From contig CAXXSR010000002.1 of NCBI GenBank assembly GCA_963662615.2, positions 480,001-544,000 on the forward strand: a stretch of DNA of 64,000 nucleotides. The letters run 5' to 3'. Position 1 is the stretch's first letter. Each line of letters opens with the position of its first letter. Shown one piece after another: positions 27,861 to 37,620 of the stretch. Made by a program: the position numbers and the translations under genes. The stretch is from Dehalococcoidia bacterium. GTDB lineage: Bacteria; Chloroflexota; Dehalococcoidia; Bin125. The notes beneath the pieces are model-generated. The model was not told where the DNA came from. It did not search any database and saw only the letters and a list, made by a program, of their open reading frames with translations.

Positions 27861-29057
27861 ATGACCCACCCGCACCAAGCCTGGGTGGAAATCGATCTCG
27901 ACGCGCTGGACCATAATATTTCAGTCTTGAAAGAACTGGCCGGCGAGGCCGCCTTCGCCGCGGTGGTGAAGAGCAACGGCTACGGGCTGGGCGCGCTGGC
28001 GGTCGCGGATGCAGCGGTGGCGGCAGGGGCCGCCCAGGTCTGCGTCTTCAACCTAGACGAGGCGGCGGCTCTGCGGCAGCTTGGGTTCGCGACGCCGATC
28101 CAGGTCCTGGGCTCCATCCCCCCCAGCGAGGCCGAGCGCGCCGTGGAGTTGGACGTCGCGGTGACGGTGTCGCGGCGAGAGCTGCTGGATCCGCTGGCCA
28201 AGGCGGCCGCCGCGCGGGCCGCCCGCGTGCCCGTGCACGTCAAGGTGGAGGCCGGCATGTACCGGCTGGGCGCGCCGGCCCATGTGGCTATCCCACTCGC
28301 AGACGCTGTTCGCGCGGAGCCGTCCCTGCGACTGGCCGGCCTCTGCGCGCACTTTCCCTCGGCCGATGGCGACGACGCCACGGACACGGAAGAGCGCTTC
28401 GCTCGTTTCTTGCGCATCGCGGAGCAGGTGCGAGCGCCGCTCCGCCACGTTGCCAATACCGCCGCCCTCTTGCGCTTTCCCCAGATGGCGCTGGAGATGG
28501 TGCGCGTGGGGGCGGGCATGTACGGAATCGCGCCGGGGGCGTCGGGTCCGCCCGAGGCGCGCGGACTGCGGCCGGTGATGAGCTGGAAGGCCGCCGTGAT
28601 CCAGTTGCACGACGTTCCCGCCGGCGACTCGGTCTCCTACGGCGGCAGCTGGACGGCCTCCCGCGACTCGCGGATTGGGGTGGTGGCGTGTGGCTACGGG
28701 GACGGCTTCCGCCGCTCCCTGGAAAACCGCGGCGAGGTGCTGGTCAATGGCTCCCGGGCGCCGGCGGTGGGCGCGATCTGTATGGACACGTTCCTCGTGG
28801 ATCTCAGCGACGTTGCCGACGCGCGCGCCGGCGACGTGGCGGTGATCGTGGGGGAGGCAGGAGCCGAACGGCTGACGCTGGAACGGTTGGCCGAATTGAG
28901 CGGGACGATCGCCTATGAGGTGTGCACGAGCCTGGGAGCTCGCTTGGCCCGCGTCTACGTGCGCGCCGGGCGGCCCGTCGCGGTGCAGACGCTGCTGGAT
29001 GGGGCGCCCGTCCCGACAACCGGCCGCAGCGCAGCCGCCGCAGTGCTGAGCCGCTGA
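27861..29057 (+). CDS. alr: Alanine racemase
   Basis: EIDLDAL..N, AVVKSNGYG (PLP lysine), GM.RLG, VSYG (catalytic Tyr), GYGDG, CMD and GTI.YE. Confidence 0.92.
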   Translation: MTHPHQAWVEIDLDALDHNISVLKELAGEAAFAAVVKSNGYGLGALAVADAAVAAGAAQVCVFNLDEAAALRQLGFATPIQVLGSIPPSEAERAVELDVAVTVSRRELLDPLAKAAAARAARVPVHVKVEAGMYRLGAPAHVAIPLADAVRAEPSLRLAGLCAHFPSADGDDATDTEERFARFLRIAEQVRAPLRHVANTAALLRFPQMALEMVRVGAGMYGIAPGASGPPEARGLRPVMSWKAAVIQLHDVPAGDSVSYGGSWTASRDSRIGVVACGYGDGFRRSLENRGEVLVNGSRAPAVGAICMDTFLVDLSDVADARAGDVAVIVGEAGAERLTLERLAELSGTIAYEVCTSLGARLARVYVRAGRPVAVQTLLDGAPVPTTGRSAAAAVLSR

Positions 29058-29136
29058 GGCGCCACGACCCCGTGCGGAGACGCGGCGCGGCGATTGCCCG
29101 CCGTCTTCCCTCCGCCTACGATGGCCCACGGAGCCC

Positions 29137-29733
29137 ATGCGATCCCTCGTCCTTCCGCCACGCGCGTTGCGCCTGCTTGTCGTGATGGCGACGGCCGCCC
29201 TCCTGGCCGCGTTGCTGCCGGCCGGAGTATCCGGGGACGGCCTGGTCACGTCCGAGCCGGCGGCGGGCGAGATCTTGGGCGAGGCGCCGCACGTGGTGCT
29301 GCTCACCTTCGATCAGCCTCTCGTGCTTGAAGCGGGCGCCAACAGCGCCGCTCTCCTTGACGGCGACGGCGTCCGCGTCGATGACGGCAAGGCGGAGATC
29401 GCCGCCTACAGCGACCGCGCGCTGATCGTCCGCCTGGCGGCGGGCGTTGAGCCGGAGGGGCCGCTGCGGGCCGTCTGGGTTGTGACGTTTGCGGGCAGTG
29501 GCCAGGTGGTCGAGGGATCGCTCGCCTTCAGCGTGCAGCCGGGGCACGAGCCGTCCGAAGAGGTTGAGGCGGTCGCCGAGCCGTCCCCGCCGCGCGGCAC
29601 CGAGTCGATCGTGCTGTGGACGGTGGCGATCGTCATGAGCACGGCCGTGTTCGTCCTGCTGCTCTATTTTCTGCGCGTCGCCACGGGGAACGCGAAGAGC
29701 AGCGTGGACGGCGTGGACGATTCCGCCCACTAG
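29137..29733 (+). CDS. CopC-like exported protein with C-terminal TM anchor, copper ligands missing
   Basis: Signal peptide, LVTSEPAAG..L...P..V.LTF, W.V......G...FSV, then a TM helix. Confidence 0.7.
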   Translation: MRSLVLPPRALRLLVVMATAALLAALLPAGVSGDGLVTSEPAAGEILGEAPHVVLLTFDQPLVLEAGANSAALLDGDGVRVDDGKAEIAAYSDRALIVRLAAGVEPEGPLRAVWVVTFAGSGQVVEGSLAFSVQPGHEPSEEVEAVAEPSPPRGTESIVLWTVAIVMSTAVFVLLLYFLRVATGNAKSSVDGVDDSAH

Positions 29734-29746
29734 GCTGCCGGCGTCC

Positions 29747-30487
29747 CTACTCGTCGAAATCGTCCTCTTCCGGCGCCACAGCGATGTTGGGCACCAGCGC
29801 CGTGGCGGGAGCAGCGCGGCGCCGCGCCCGCGTCGGCACCTCAGCGATGCGTGCGCGGAGGGCCTCGACGTGCTTCAGGGTGGGCTCCGACAGGATCAGC
29901 ATGGCGACGCCTGAGTCGCGCAGCGCCTCCAGCATGGCGCTGGAGGCGTGGGGCGGCACCGTCACGCCCAGCGGCGCGCCCACGCTCATGCCTATCTGGC
30001 GCAGCCGCAGCAGCGCGGTCACGGGCAAGGGATCGGCAACGGCGTCGGCGATCACGAGCGTCGGATGGAGGCTCCCGATGGCGCGGAGCTCGCCGGGCTC
30101 TCGGCTGTCCGGGGAGAGTCGCAGGGCGTATTCCAGCTTCTCGGAAAGCAGCCCGTCGGCCGTGGCGCTGTCCGTGCGGAAGACCACGAAGGATGCGCCC
30201 GCCTCCTCGGCGGCGCTGACGCTCTCGGCGGTCAGCATCTCCGGTTCAACGCCCACCGGCGGATCGGCCCCGCTCTCGGCGACCGCGTGAATGAGGGCGT
30301 CAACGGCACCGGGCTGGGCGTGATCGGCGGAGACGATGAGCACGTCGGCGCCGTTCAGACTCGAGCCCGCCGCAGCCACCAGCAGTCCGCGCGCCGATCC
30401 GGCACTGTCCTCCCGTGCTCCGCCGAAACCGAAGGCACGGCCACCGTGCCGGCTAGCGTCCCGGATCCGGTCGGACAGCTTGCTCAT
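29747..30487 (-). CDS. Hypothetical protein (possibly a degenerate TIM-barrel/aldolase-like fold)
   Basis: 246 aa ORF with genome-typical codon use, alternating beta/alpha pattern and acidic C-terminus; fold call is a guess. Confidence 0.6.
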   Translation of the reverse strand: MSKLSDRIRDASRHGGRAFGFGGAREDSAGSARGLLVAAAGSSLNGADVLIVSADHAQPGAVDALIHAVAESGADPPVGVEPEMLTAESVSAAEEAGASFVVFRTDSATADGLLSEKLEYALRLSPDSREPGELRAIGSLHPTLVIADAVADPLPVTALLRLRQIGMSVGAPLGVTVPPHASSAMLEALRDSGVAMLILSEPTLKHVEALRARIAEVPTRARRRAAPATALVPNIAVAPEEDDFDE

Positions 30488-30754
30488 GTCCGTGCTCCGC
30501 CTTCCAAGGGAAAACGTCGGCGCCATCCCAGCGCACCGCGCGGGCGCGGGTCCCCGCCGCGCGCCCTGGAGCGATGCTACGGACGTGTAGGAGAGAGCGT
30601 CAATCGATCGCGAAGAGCGCCCCCCGCCGCGGGGACTCGCGCCCGGTGCGGCAGTCGACCGCAGCCGGTCGGTCCGCTACCGTCGCGGCGTTCGTCGCGG
30701 CCGGAGCGGCAGACGGCGCCCCGCTCGGCGCAGGGGATGCCCGGAGGACGGCCC

Positions 30755-31180
30755 ATGGATTGGCTCACGGAACCGTTTGGGGCTCAGAACATCGATTGGG
30801 CATCCGTCCCGCTGCGGGTGGGGTTGGGGGTCATCTTTGCCTACTCGGGCTGGGGCAAGTGGCGTCGGGGAATTCGTGGCACGGGGGACTGGTTCCAGGG
30901 CCTGGGCTTGCCCATGCCGCATCTTCTGGCGCCCTTCGTCGCCTCCGTGGAGCTTGGGGGCGGCGTGCTGCTGCTCATGGGCCTGGGCACGAGCTGGGTC
31001 GCGATCCCGCTGGCGGTCAACATGGTGATGGCCAGCCTGACGCAGAAGTTCAAGGTGGGCGCTCCCTTTCAGGGCGGCGACGTCCAAGGCTACGAGCTGG
31101 ACGTCTTGATGGTGATAGGGTGCGTCGCTCTGATCCTGCTCGGCGCGGGCCCGCTCTCCATTGACGGGGCGATCAACTAG
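30755..31180 (+). CDS. DoxX-family membrane protein
   Basis: LRVGLG..F...G..K, E..GG.LL..G and G.G.LS.D; RBS GGAGG. Confidence 0.9.
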   Translation: MDWLTEPFGAQNIDWASVPLRVGLGVIFAYSGWGKWRRGIRGTGDWFQGLGLPMPHLLAPFVASVELGGGVLLLMGLGTSWVAIPLAVNMVMASLTQKFKVGAPFQGGDVQGYELDVLMVIGCVALILLGAGPLSIDGAIN

Positions 31181-31225
31181 CGACTCGGAGCGGAGACGGC
31201 GCAGCGGCCCCCGGCCCCGAAGGCG

Positions 31226-32149
31226 TCAGCGCTCGCGCCGCTCTATGACCGATCCTTCCGACCTACTCACGTCCGTGACGGTGGCGCCGCCGCCGAAGAT
31301 CAGCGAGGAGGCGCCGCTGAGCCGCACCGGCCCGAGTTCGGACGCGACGGTCAGGGTGGCGGTGCTGGCATCGCGCAACTCTACGCCGGCGACGTCGATC
31401 AGAAAGTCGTCAAGGATGAAGCGGCTGGCGCCGGAGCCGTTGATCACGGCCAGGCGAGCGGATCCGCGCACCTCGACGCTACTGTCGCCAGACAGTTCGA
31501 AGCGAACCTCGGCCGCCAGCAGGTCGCCGCTGACGCTGCTTGCCTCCTCGGCTTGCAGGTCGAAGCGGCCCGGCACGTCGAAGCCGGACAGCCGGACCTG
31601 ACTGCCGCTGCCGACAATTAACTCTCGCAAGGCTGGCATGACAATGGAGACTTGCGGGGGTGCGCCTTCGATCACGGTCGTGCTCCGCACGGTCAGCGTG
31701 AGCGTGTCGCCGTTCTGCAGCAGACGCAGGTGCGGTCCCACGTCGTTGGTCGCGGTGACGGCGACGTGGAACGTGTCGCCCTGCACGATCTCGGCGACAT
31801 AGGCGGTGCGAAATCCCACGTGCACCCGATCGAAGTCGGCGAGGTCGAAGGTCACGGTTCTGAGTTCCCCCGAGCCGCTCACGGTGTTGAGTTGCGCGCA
31901 GGCGGCCAGGAGGATCGCGGTGGCGGCTCCGGCGACGGTCAGGGCGACCAGGCAGACTGTGGGAAGACGGCGTCTTGCCAGGACGACACCGGGTCGGGTC
32001 CCGGCGCTGCGGGGTGGTCGCGCCGGTGCGCTCGTGGCGACCGCTTGGCGCGTAGGCCCGTCAGGCGACGGGACACGGCTCCGCAGCGCTCCCTGCCGTC
32101 GGCACGTTGCAGCATTCGGGTGAGCCAGCGGGAAGTGTTCTGCTAGCAT
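31226..32149 (-). CDS. DUF2807 (GIN/adhesin-head-like) lipoprotein; start uncertain, probably downstream of 32149
   Basis: LLAAC lipobox, V.GSG....TF...DFD.V and repeated SG.S beta-helix units. Confidence 0.72.
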   Translation of the reverse strand: MLAEHFPLAHPNAATCRRQGALRSRVPSPDGPTRQAVATSAPARPPRSAGTRPGVVLARRRLPTVCLVALTVAGAATAILLAACAQLNTVSGSGELRTVTFDLADFDRVHVGFRTAYVAEIVQGDTFHVAVTATNDVGPHLRLLQNGDTLTLTVRSTTVIEGAPPQVSIVMPALRELIVGSGSQVRLSGFDVPGRFDLQAEEASSVSGDLLAAEVRFELSGDSSVEVRGSARLAVINGSGASRFILDDFLIDVAGVELRDASTATLTVASELGPVRLSGASSLIFGGGATVTDVSRSEGSVIERRER

Positions 32150-32201
32150 GGCCGCCGTCCATCCGGGGAGGATCCGTAGTGCGACTGTGGAGGAAGGCGC
32201 C

Positions 32202-32588
32202 GTGAAAGTCACGCGTTTTTACGCCGACGAGGACGGCGAGACCCACTTTGAGGAAGTGGACGTGCCCTTCAGTGTTGATGTGAAGGGTCCTCCCGGCGGT
32301 GGCGACTACCGCCGCTCTCAGGAGTTCGCCGCTCCCAAGGTGCGCTTTTTGGAGCTGCCGCCGGGGCGCGTGGGCGACTGGCACAACGCCCCCGAGATCA
32401 TCTTCGGCGTCGTGCTGTCGGGCAGCATGCACGTCGGCACGAGCGACGGCGACAGCCGCGAATTCAGCGTCGGCGACATGTATCTGGCGGAGGATGTGAC
32501 CGGCAAAGGGCACATCAGCCGTGTCTTGGAGGGGCCGGTCCGTCTCCTCTACGTGACCCCACCGGACGGCTACGATCTGACACGTTGA
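32202..32588 (+). CDS. Cupin-domain protein
   Basis: Y.D.DGETHF, WHNAP, SDG..R.F..GD..LAED.TGKGH; RBS GGAGG; TG-n-TAGCAT promoter upstream. Confidence 0.85.
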   Translation: MKVTRFYADEDGETHFEEVDVPFSVDVKGPPGGGDYRRSQEFAAPKVRFLELPPGRVGDWHNAPEIIFGVVLSGSMHVGTSDGDSREFSVGDMYLAEDVTGKGHISRVLEGPVRLLYVTPPDGYDLTR

Positions 32589-32619
32589 GGGGCGGGACTC
32601 GCCCCGAGATGCCGCTCGC

Positions 32620-33900
32620 TTAGCGGGGCCTGGGCGTCGCGCCTCCATCCAGCGGCAGCGTGATGCGAAACGTCGCGCCCACGGACGCACCTTGGTCGAG
32701 CGCCAGGCGGCCGCTGTGCGCCTCCACGATCCCGCGCGCGATCGCCAGGCCCAGGCCGGCGCCGCCGCCGTTGCGCTGGCGCGCGGGATCGCCGCGGAAG
32801 AAGGGCGTAAAGACCTGCCGGCTGTCCTCCTCGGAGATGCCCGGCCCGGTGTCCGAAATGGCAAGCTCCACGAAATCTCCGCGAGACTGCGCGGCGATCG
32901 CGATATCGCCGCGGGCCGGGGTGTAGCGGACGGCGTTGTCCAGGAGATTGCGGAGCGCGCGCTGCAGGCACCACGGATCGGCGTAGACCAGGGGCAGATC
33001 CGGGGCGATCTCTGTCCGCAGGCGGATCTGGTTGCGCTCGGCTTGCGCGCGCACGTGTTCCACCGACTCCGCTACGAGGACGTCCATGTTTGTGGCCGTG
33101 CGATCGAGGGTGAGCACACCGGCCTCAATGCGGGAGTGCTCGAAGAGGTCGTCAATCAGGCGGTCCAGGAGGATGAGTTCGAGCTTGATGCCGACCAGAT
33201 AGCGTTGCTGGGTGGACTCGTCCAGGAGTTCGTCCTCAATCGCCTCCACCATGAGTCGGGCGCTGGAGATCGGGGTGCGCAGATCGTGAGAGATGGCCGC
33301 GACCAGCTCGCGGCGACTCGACTCGGCGCGGTCGCGCTGGCCGGCGGCATCGCGCAGGCGCGCAGCCATGGCGTTGAAGGCCTCGCCGAGGCGCGCGAGT
33401 TCGTCGTCGCCCTGGGTCCGCACGTGGACCGCGAATTGATCGCCCGGGAGCTGGTCCACGGCCTCGATCAGGCGGACGATCGGGTCGGCGATGGATCGCG
33501 CCACGGCGACGGCGGCCAGGGATGAGATCAGCAGCGCGAAGAGCATCAGCGCGGCGAGCAGGGTGAGGTCGTGACCGCTGAGGAACATGAAGCCGGCGGT
33601 GATGGCGACGTTCACGAGCGCCAGGGCGCCGCCGAAGGCCGCCACCAACGCGATCCGCCCGCCCGGGCCCGCGAGGGGCCTGCTGGGCAGGTAGCGCGTG
33701 AGGAGCCCGTAGGCGACAAGCGAGACGACCGCCGACGCTCCCAGGAGGCCGGCGACGTCGCGCAGCTCGTCCGATGGCGGCCGCAGCGCCGCCCAAATGA
33801 CCGCCAAACCCAGCGCCACCGCTCCGCCCAGCGCCAGAGCCGCCGGCATGATGCGGCGCAGGTGCAGGGCCGCGGGGGCGACGAGCGCGTCACTATGCAT
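32620..33900 (-). CDS. HAMP-domain sensor histidine kinase
   Basis: TM helices, HAMP, ISHDLRTP, NLLDNAVRY, DTGPG and GAGLGL; overlaps the regulator stop. Confidence 0.95.
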   Translation of the reverse strand: MHSDALVAPAALHLRRIMPAALALGGAVALGLAVIWAALRPPSDELRDVAGLLGASAVVSLVAYGLLTRYLPSRPLAGPGGRIALVAAFGGALALVNVAITAGFMFLSGHDLTLLAALMLFALLISSLAAVAVARSIADPIVRLIEAVDQLPGDQFAVHVRTQGDDELARLGEAFNAMAARLRDAAGQRDRAESSRRELVAAISHDLRTPISSARLMVEAIEDELLDESTQQRYLVGIKLELILLDRLIDDLFEHSRIEAGVLTLDRTATNMDVLVAESVEHVRAQAERNQIRLRTEIAPDLPLVYADPWCLQRALRNLLDNAVRYTPARGDIAIAAQSRGDFVELAISDTGPGISEEDSRQVFTPFFRGDPARQRNGGGAGLGLAIARGIVEAHSGRLALDQGASVGATFRITLPLDGGATPRPR

Positions 33901-34576
33901 TGAACTTGTACCCCACCGACCACACGGTCTGGAGATGCCGCGGGTGCTGATCGTCCGGCTCGATCTTCGCCCGCAGGCGTCGGATGTGAACCGTGACGGT
34001 GGCGCTGTCGCCCTCGTAATCCCAGCCCCAGACCCGCTCCAGCAGTTGATCCCGCGTGAAGACGCGCCCGTGATGCGAGGCGAGGAAGTAGAGCAGATCG
34101 AACTCTTTGGCCGTGAGGGCCACGGGGTCGCCATCACGGGTCACCGTGCGCGCCACGGGATCGATCTCCAGCGCCGCCGCCACGACCTTGCGCTCCGACG
34201 TCTCCTCGCTGGCGCTGCGTCGCAGGACGGCCTTGACGCGGGCGACCAGCTCACGCGGGCTGAACGGCTTCACGAGGTAGTCGTCCGCGCCGAGTTCCAG
34301 GCCCAGCAGCCGCTCGGGCTCGCGCCCGCGTGCGGTCAACATGATGATGGGCACGTCCGACTTGGCGCGGACGCGGCGACAGACCTCTTCTCCCTGCACC
34401 TCGGGCAGCATGAGATCGAGAACGATCAGGTCGGGCGTGGACGCGTCGATCATCGCCAGGGCCTCGGCCCCGGTGGTGGCGGTGCGGACCGCGTAGCCGT
34501 CATGTTCCAGGTAGCGGCGCACGACATCGCGTACGGTCGCTTCGTCATCGACGACGAGAACAGTGTCCTGTCCCAT
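33893..34576 (-). CDS. OmpR-family response regulator
   Basis: VVDDE, LDLMLP, GADDY.VKPF, TAKEFDLL and V.VHIRRLR.KIE. Confidence 0.96.
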   Translation of the reverse strand: MGQDTVLVVDDEATVRDVVRRYLEHDGYAVRTATTGAEALAMIDASTPDLIVLDLMLPEVQGEEVCRRVRAKSDVPIIMLTARGREPERLLGLELGADDYLVKPFSPRELVARVKAVLRRSASEETSERKVVAAALEIDPVARTVTRDGDPVALTAKEFDLLYFLASHHGRVFTRDQLLERVWGWDYEGDSATVTVHIRRLRAKIEPDDQHPRHLQTVWSVGYKFNA

Positions 34577-34811
34577 GGCCCTCACGGCGACGAAGAGCCC
34601 GAGGTGCCCCGGGCCGAACTGTCGTCAGCAGTGTACGGCTCCGGCGACACCAATCGCGCCGGTGGCGGCGACGCTGGGGGTCGGGAGCCGGGCGCTCCTT
34701 GGATCGCGTAATCGCCTGCCGCGGCTACCCGGTCTCGGGACCAGCGCCCTCCAGCCCAGACCCGTCCGTCTGACGTGCTCTCATTGGGGACAGTGTGGAG
34801 CGCACATCTTA

Positions 34812-34856
34812 CGGAACTCTAACCCTTGCGCTCGCGGGGCAAGGGTTAGAGTTCCG
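34812..34856. repeat. Perfect 18-bp inverted repeat with 9-bp spacer
   Basis: CGGAACTCTAACCCTTGC-gctcgcggg-GCAAGGGTTAGAGTTCCG. Confidence 0.9.
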
Positions 34857-34908
34857 GGAGGGGGTTGAAGCTGCGCGCGCAGCGGGGGCTCAGCCAAAGC
34901 GCCCAGTG

Positions 34909-35334
34909 TCAGCCAAAGCGCCACGTGATCGTCTTGCGAGGGTCAATCCCCAGAATGACCTCGCCTCGCCGGGGAGCGCTGGGCAGCTCCGCCTCGGGCA
35001 CGCCGCGCTGGCGACGCGCCTCTCGCTCAAGCTGCAGGCGCTCTTCCGCATCGCGGATGATGGTGACGTCGCCCTGGAGGAGCACGCCGCTCCATTCGCC
35101 GCTGTCCTTGTGACGCGCGACCAACACGGACGCCTTGGGATTCCGCTCCGCGTTTCTGACCTTGTGCGTCCCCGTCGGCGTGCCCAGGTAGATGCGCCGG
35201 CCAATTTGGTAGTAGCCCAGGGGGACGCTGTGCGGATACCCGTCCGCGTCGATCGTCGTCAGGACCGCCCATTCGTCGCGGGCGTCCAACGCTGCGGTGA
35301 TCTCGTCGTCGCTGAGGTGGCCGCGGCCGGCCAT
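34909..35334 (-). CDS. Pyridoxamine 5'-phosphate oxidase-like split-barrel flavin/deazaflavin protein
   Basis: LTTI..DGYPH.VP, K.RN..RNP..SVLV, GV..QG; RBS GGAAGGAG. Confidence 0.85.
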   Translation of the reverse strand: MAGRGHLSDDEITAALDARDEWAVLTTIDADGYPHSVPLGYYQIGRRIYLGTPTGTHKVRNAERNPKASVLVARHKDSGEWSGVLLQGDVTIIRDAEERLQLEREARRQRGVPEAELPSAPRRGEVILGIDPRKTITWRFG

Positions 35335-35533
35335 GCGACTCTCCTTCCATGCCACCGACTGACGCCGGCGGTCCGCGCCCCCACGATAGCGGGCTCGATG
35401 ACAGGGCCCAGGGAACCGCCACCGGCGCTTGTGCACGCGCTCGCGACCGCCGCGCATGGGCGCGCAGCGCCCGAGAATCGCGAACGCGGTCGCGCTCGCG
35501 ATCGCCGGGAGGGGGAGGTGGCGCGCGGGCTCG

Positions 35534-36844
35534 CTAACTCACTGGGTTTGCCGCCAACGGCTGGTTGGTGGCTGGGTCCACGTCGAACGGACCGGGGAGA
35601 TCCAGCTCCTTGGCCATCTCGCGCAGGGCGGGGATGACTTCTTCGCCCATGAGGCGGAGGCTGCGCATGGCGTCGTCATGGTTCATGGCGCCATCGCCGT
35701 CCCAGAAGAAGACGCTGCCGGGACGGATCTGTTCCAGGACGTGGCGGATCTTGGGGATCACGGTCTTCGGGGTGCCGGTCACTATGGAGTAATTGCGGAT
35801 CTGCTCATCGAGGGTCCCGCGGGAGTCGAAGTCGGGATCGCCACCCGTCTCGTGCTGCTCCTTGGCCTTCGCCAGCGCCGGCGAGGGCGCGGCGCCGCGG
35901 CCGCGCGCGAACCCGGCGAAGGTGCTCACGGTGGGCAGCAGCTCCTTCCGCGAGGTCAGCCCCGGCAGGGCCTGGAGGTGGGCGCGCACCTTCCCCTGGT
36001 TGCCTTCTATGAAGGGGTTGGCGGGCCCTTGCAGATACTTCCGCGCCGTCGCCTCCGCCAGCTCCTCTGTCTCATCGACGTGGACTTTCCAGAGGTAGCC
36101 CAGGTGCTGCGTGCCGGCCTCGTAGCCCGCTTCCCGCGCGCACTCTTGGTAGTACGCGAAGGTTTGCTTGGTGGGCTCCAGCTCCGTGGCCAGCATGATG
36201 TAGGGGTAGCGATGGCGCGCCGCCCAGGCGACGGTGTTCTTGCTGATGACGCCCGGGATCCAGATGGGTGGGTGGGGCGACTGGTAGGGGCGCGGCCAGG
36301 GGTTCACGTAGCGGTAGTGATAGTGCTCGCCCTCCCAGCGAAAGGGGCCGGGCGTGGTCCAGGCCTTGATGATGAAGTCGTGCGCCTCCTGATAGCGCTC
36401 CCAGTTGTAGGGGGAGGGCGAGTTGTGGGTGACGCTTTCGCGGCCGGTGCCGCGGACCCAGCCCGTGATCAGACGACCGCCTGAGATGACGTCAATCTCG
36501 GCCAGCTCCTCGGCCAGCCAAAGGGGGTCGTCCCAGATGGGGAGGACATTGCCGAGCAGGACGATCTTGGCGCGCTCCGTGATCCGTGCCAGGATCGCGG
36601 CCTCCACGTTCATCACCGCGCCCAGGGTAAAGGGCGTGCTGTGGTGCTCGTTGAGCATGAGGCCGTCGAAGCCCATCTGCTCGGCGTAGACCTTCTCATC
36701 CAAGTAACGGTGGTACAGAGCCCGGCCAATTTCTGGGTTGTAGAGGGCGTTGCTGGGCTCCAGATCGGTCATCTCCTGCCCCGGGCCGAAGAAGGCAGAG
36801 CCTTCGTCTTGGTACGGTCGTTCGGTGAAGTAGCCGACAAACAT
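35534..36844 (-). CDS. Luciferase-like monooxygenase (LLM) family flavin-dependent oxidoreductase
   Basis: GFDG..LNEHH, P..LAEELA.ID..S.GR...G.VRG, PRP.Q.PHPPIW and EEVIP.LR. Confidence 0.93.
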   Translation of the reverse strand: MFVGYFTERPYQDEGSAFFGPGQEMTDLEPSNALYNPEIGRALYHRYLDEKVYAEQMGFDGLMLNEHHSTPFTLGAVMNVEAAILARITERAKIVLLGNVLPIWDDPLWLAEELAEIDVISGGRLITGWVRGTGRESVTHNSPSPYNWERYQEAHDFIIKAWTTPGPFRWEGEHYHYRYVNPWPRPYQSPHPPIWIPGVISKNTVAWAARHRYPYIMLATELEPTKQTFAYYQECAREAGYEAGTQHLGYLWKVHVDETEELAEATARKYLQGPANPFIEGNQGKVRAHLQALPGLTSRKELLPTVSTFAGFARGRGAAPSPALAKAKEQHETGGDPDFDSRGTLDEQIRNYSIVTGTPKTVIPKIRHVLEQIRPGSVFFWDGDGAMNHDDAMRSLRLMGEEVIPALREMAKELDLPGPFDVDPATNQPLAANPVS

Positions 36845-37116
36845 CGCTCATCCTCGCGCCCGCGTTCGGTGCAGAAGTGGGCGGCATGGTACCACAGGGG
36901 GCCAGAGGGATGAGGGCGCGAGCGAGGCCGCGCCAGGCCCCGACGGCGTCAGCGCCGGAACGGCGCGCTTTGGCTGCGCGTCGGCGGCGGCGGCGCGTCA
37001 CCGGCTCAGGCGGGGAGGAGCGCGAATGCTCTGAACCGCGCCCTGAGCCGACCGCCCTGCACGGGCGCGCTAGGGGGCATCCCCCTGCGACGGGGCTGCC
37101 TGCCGGAGCGAGCGCT

Positions 37117-37353
37117 CTACCAGGACCGCGCCTGATCGGACTGCAAGCGCTGCTTGGAGGCCGAGCGGGCGAACGTCAAGTTACCGATCCGCGAGCGGCC
37201 TGCGCGGTAGAAGAACCCCAGAGCGGCTGCGAGAGCCACTGCCGCGAGCGCGATGGCCCCCACGTCGCCGTACCAGGCGAGGCCGAAGGTCATCCAGAAC
37301 GTGGCCACAAGGACGCCCACGATGCCGAAGATTACTGACTTCACGATGTTCAT
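37117..37353 (-). CDS. Small two-TM membrane protein (78 aa), unknown function
   Basis: Strong RBS (AGGGAGG) next to ATG; two hydrophobic helices and a basic tail. Confidence 0.7.
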   Translation of the reverse strand: MNIVKSVIFGIVGVLVATFWMTFGLAWYGDVGAIALAAVALAAALGFFYRAGRSRIGNLTFARSASKQRLQSDQARSW

Positions 37354-37400
37354 TCCTCCCTGTCTTGGATTCCAGTTCCCGTGGCGCGCATCCTTGCTCC

Positions 37401-37433
37401 CTATTGACGTTCGATGGGGCCCGCGAGTAACGC
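37401..37433 (-). promoter_or_regulatory. Putative ECF-sigma promoter of the 78-aa gene
   Basis: GCGTTAC-N17-CGTCAATAG on the minus strand. Confidence 0.4.
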
Positions 37434-37582
37434 TGTTTCTGTAAACGACGACACAGAAAGCCGCTTACGGCGCGAATTTCAGGGGCGCGGCCGCTGCGCC
37501 CGCGGCCGCACGGCGGGCGGACCGTTATGCCCGCGATCCTCCCCGTCTTGCGGTCAAGCAGCGGGAATCTTTTCGCCGGCGG

Positions 37583-37614
37583 GCGTCACGCCGCGACGGG
37601 TGGGGCGTCTATTG
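37583..37614 (+). promoter_or_regulatory. Putative ECF-sigma promoter of the 43-aa gene
   Basis: GCGTCAC-N16-CGTCTATTG, 6 nt before the ATG. Confidence 0.4.
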
Positions 37615-37620
37615 ACTGAG

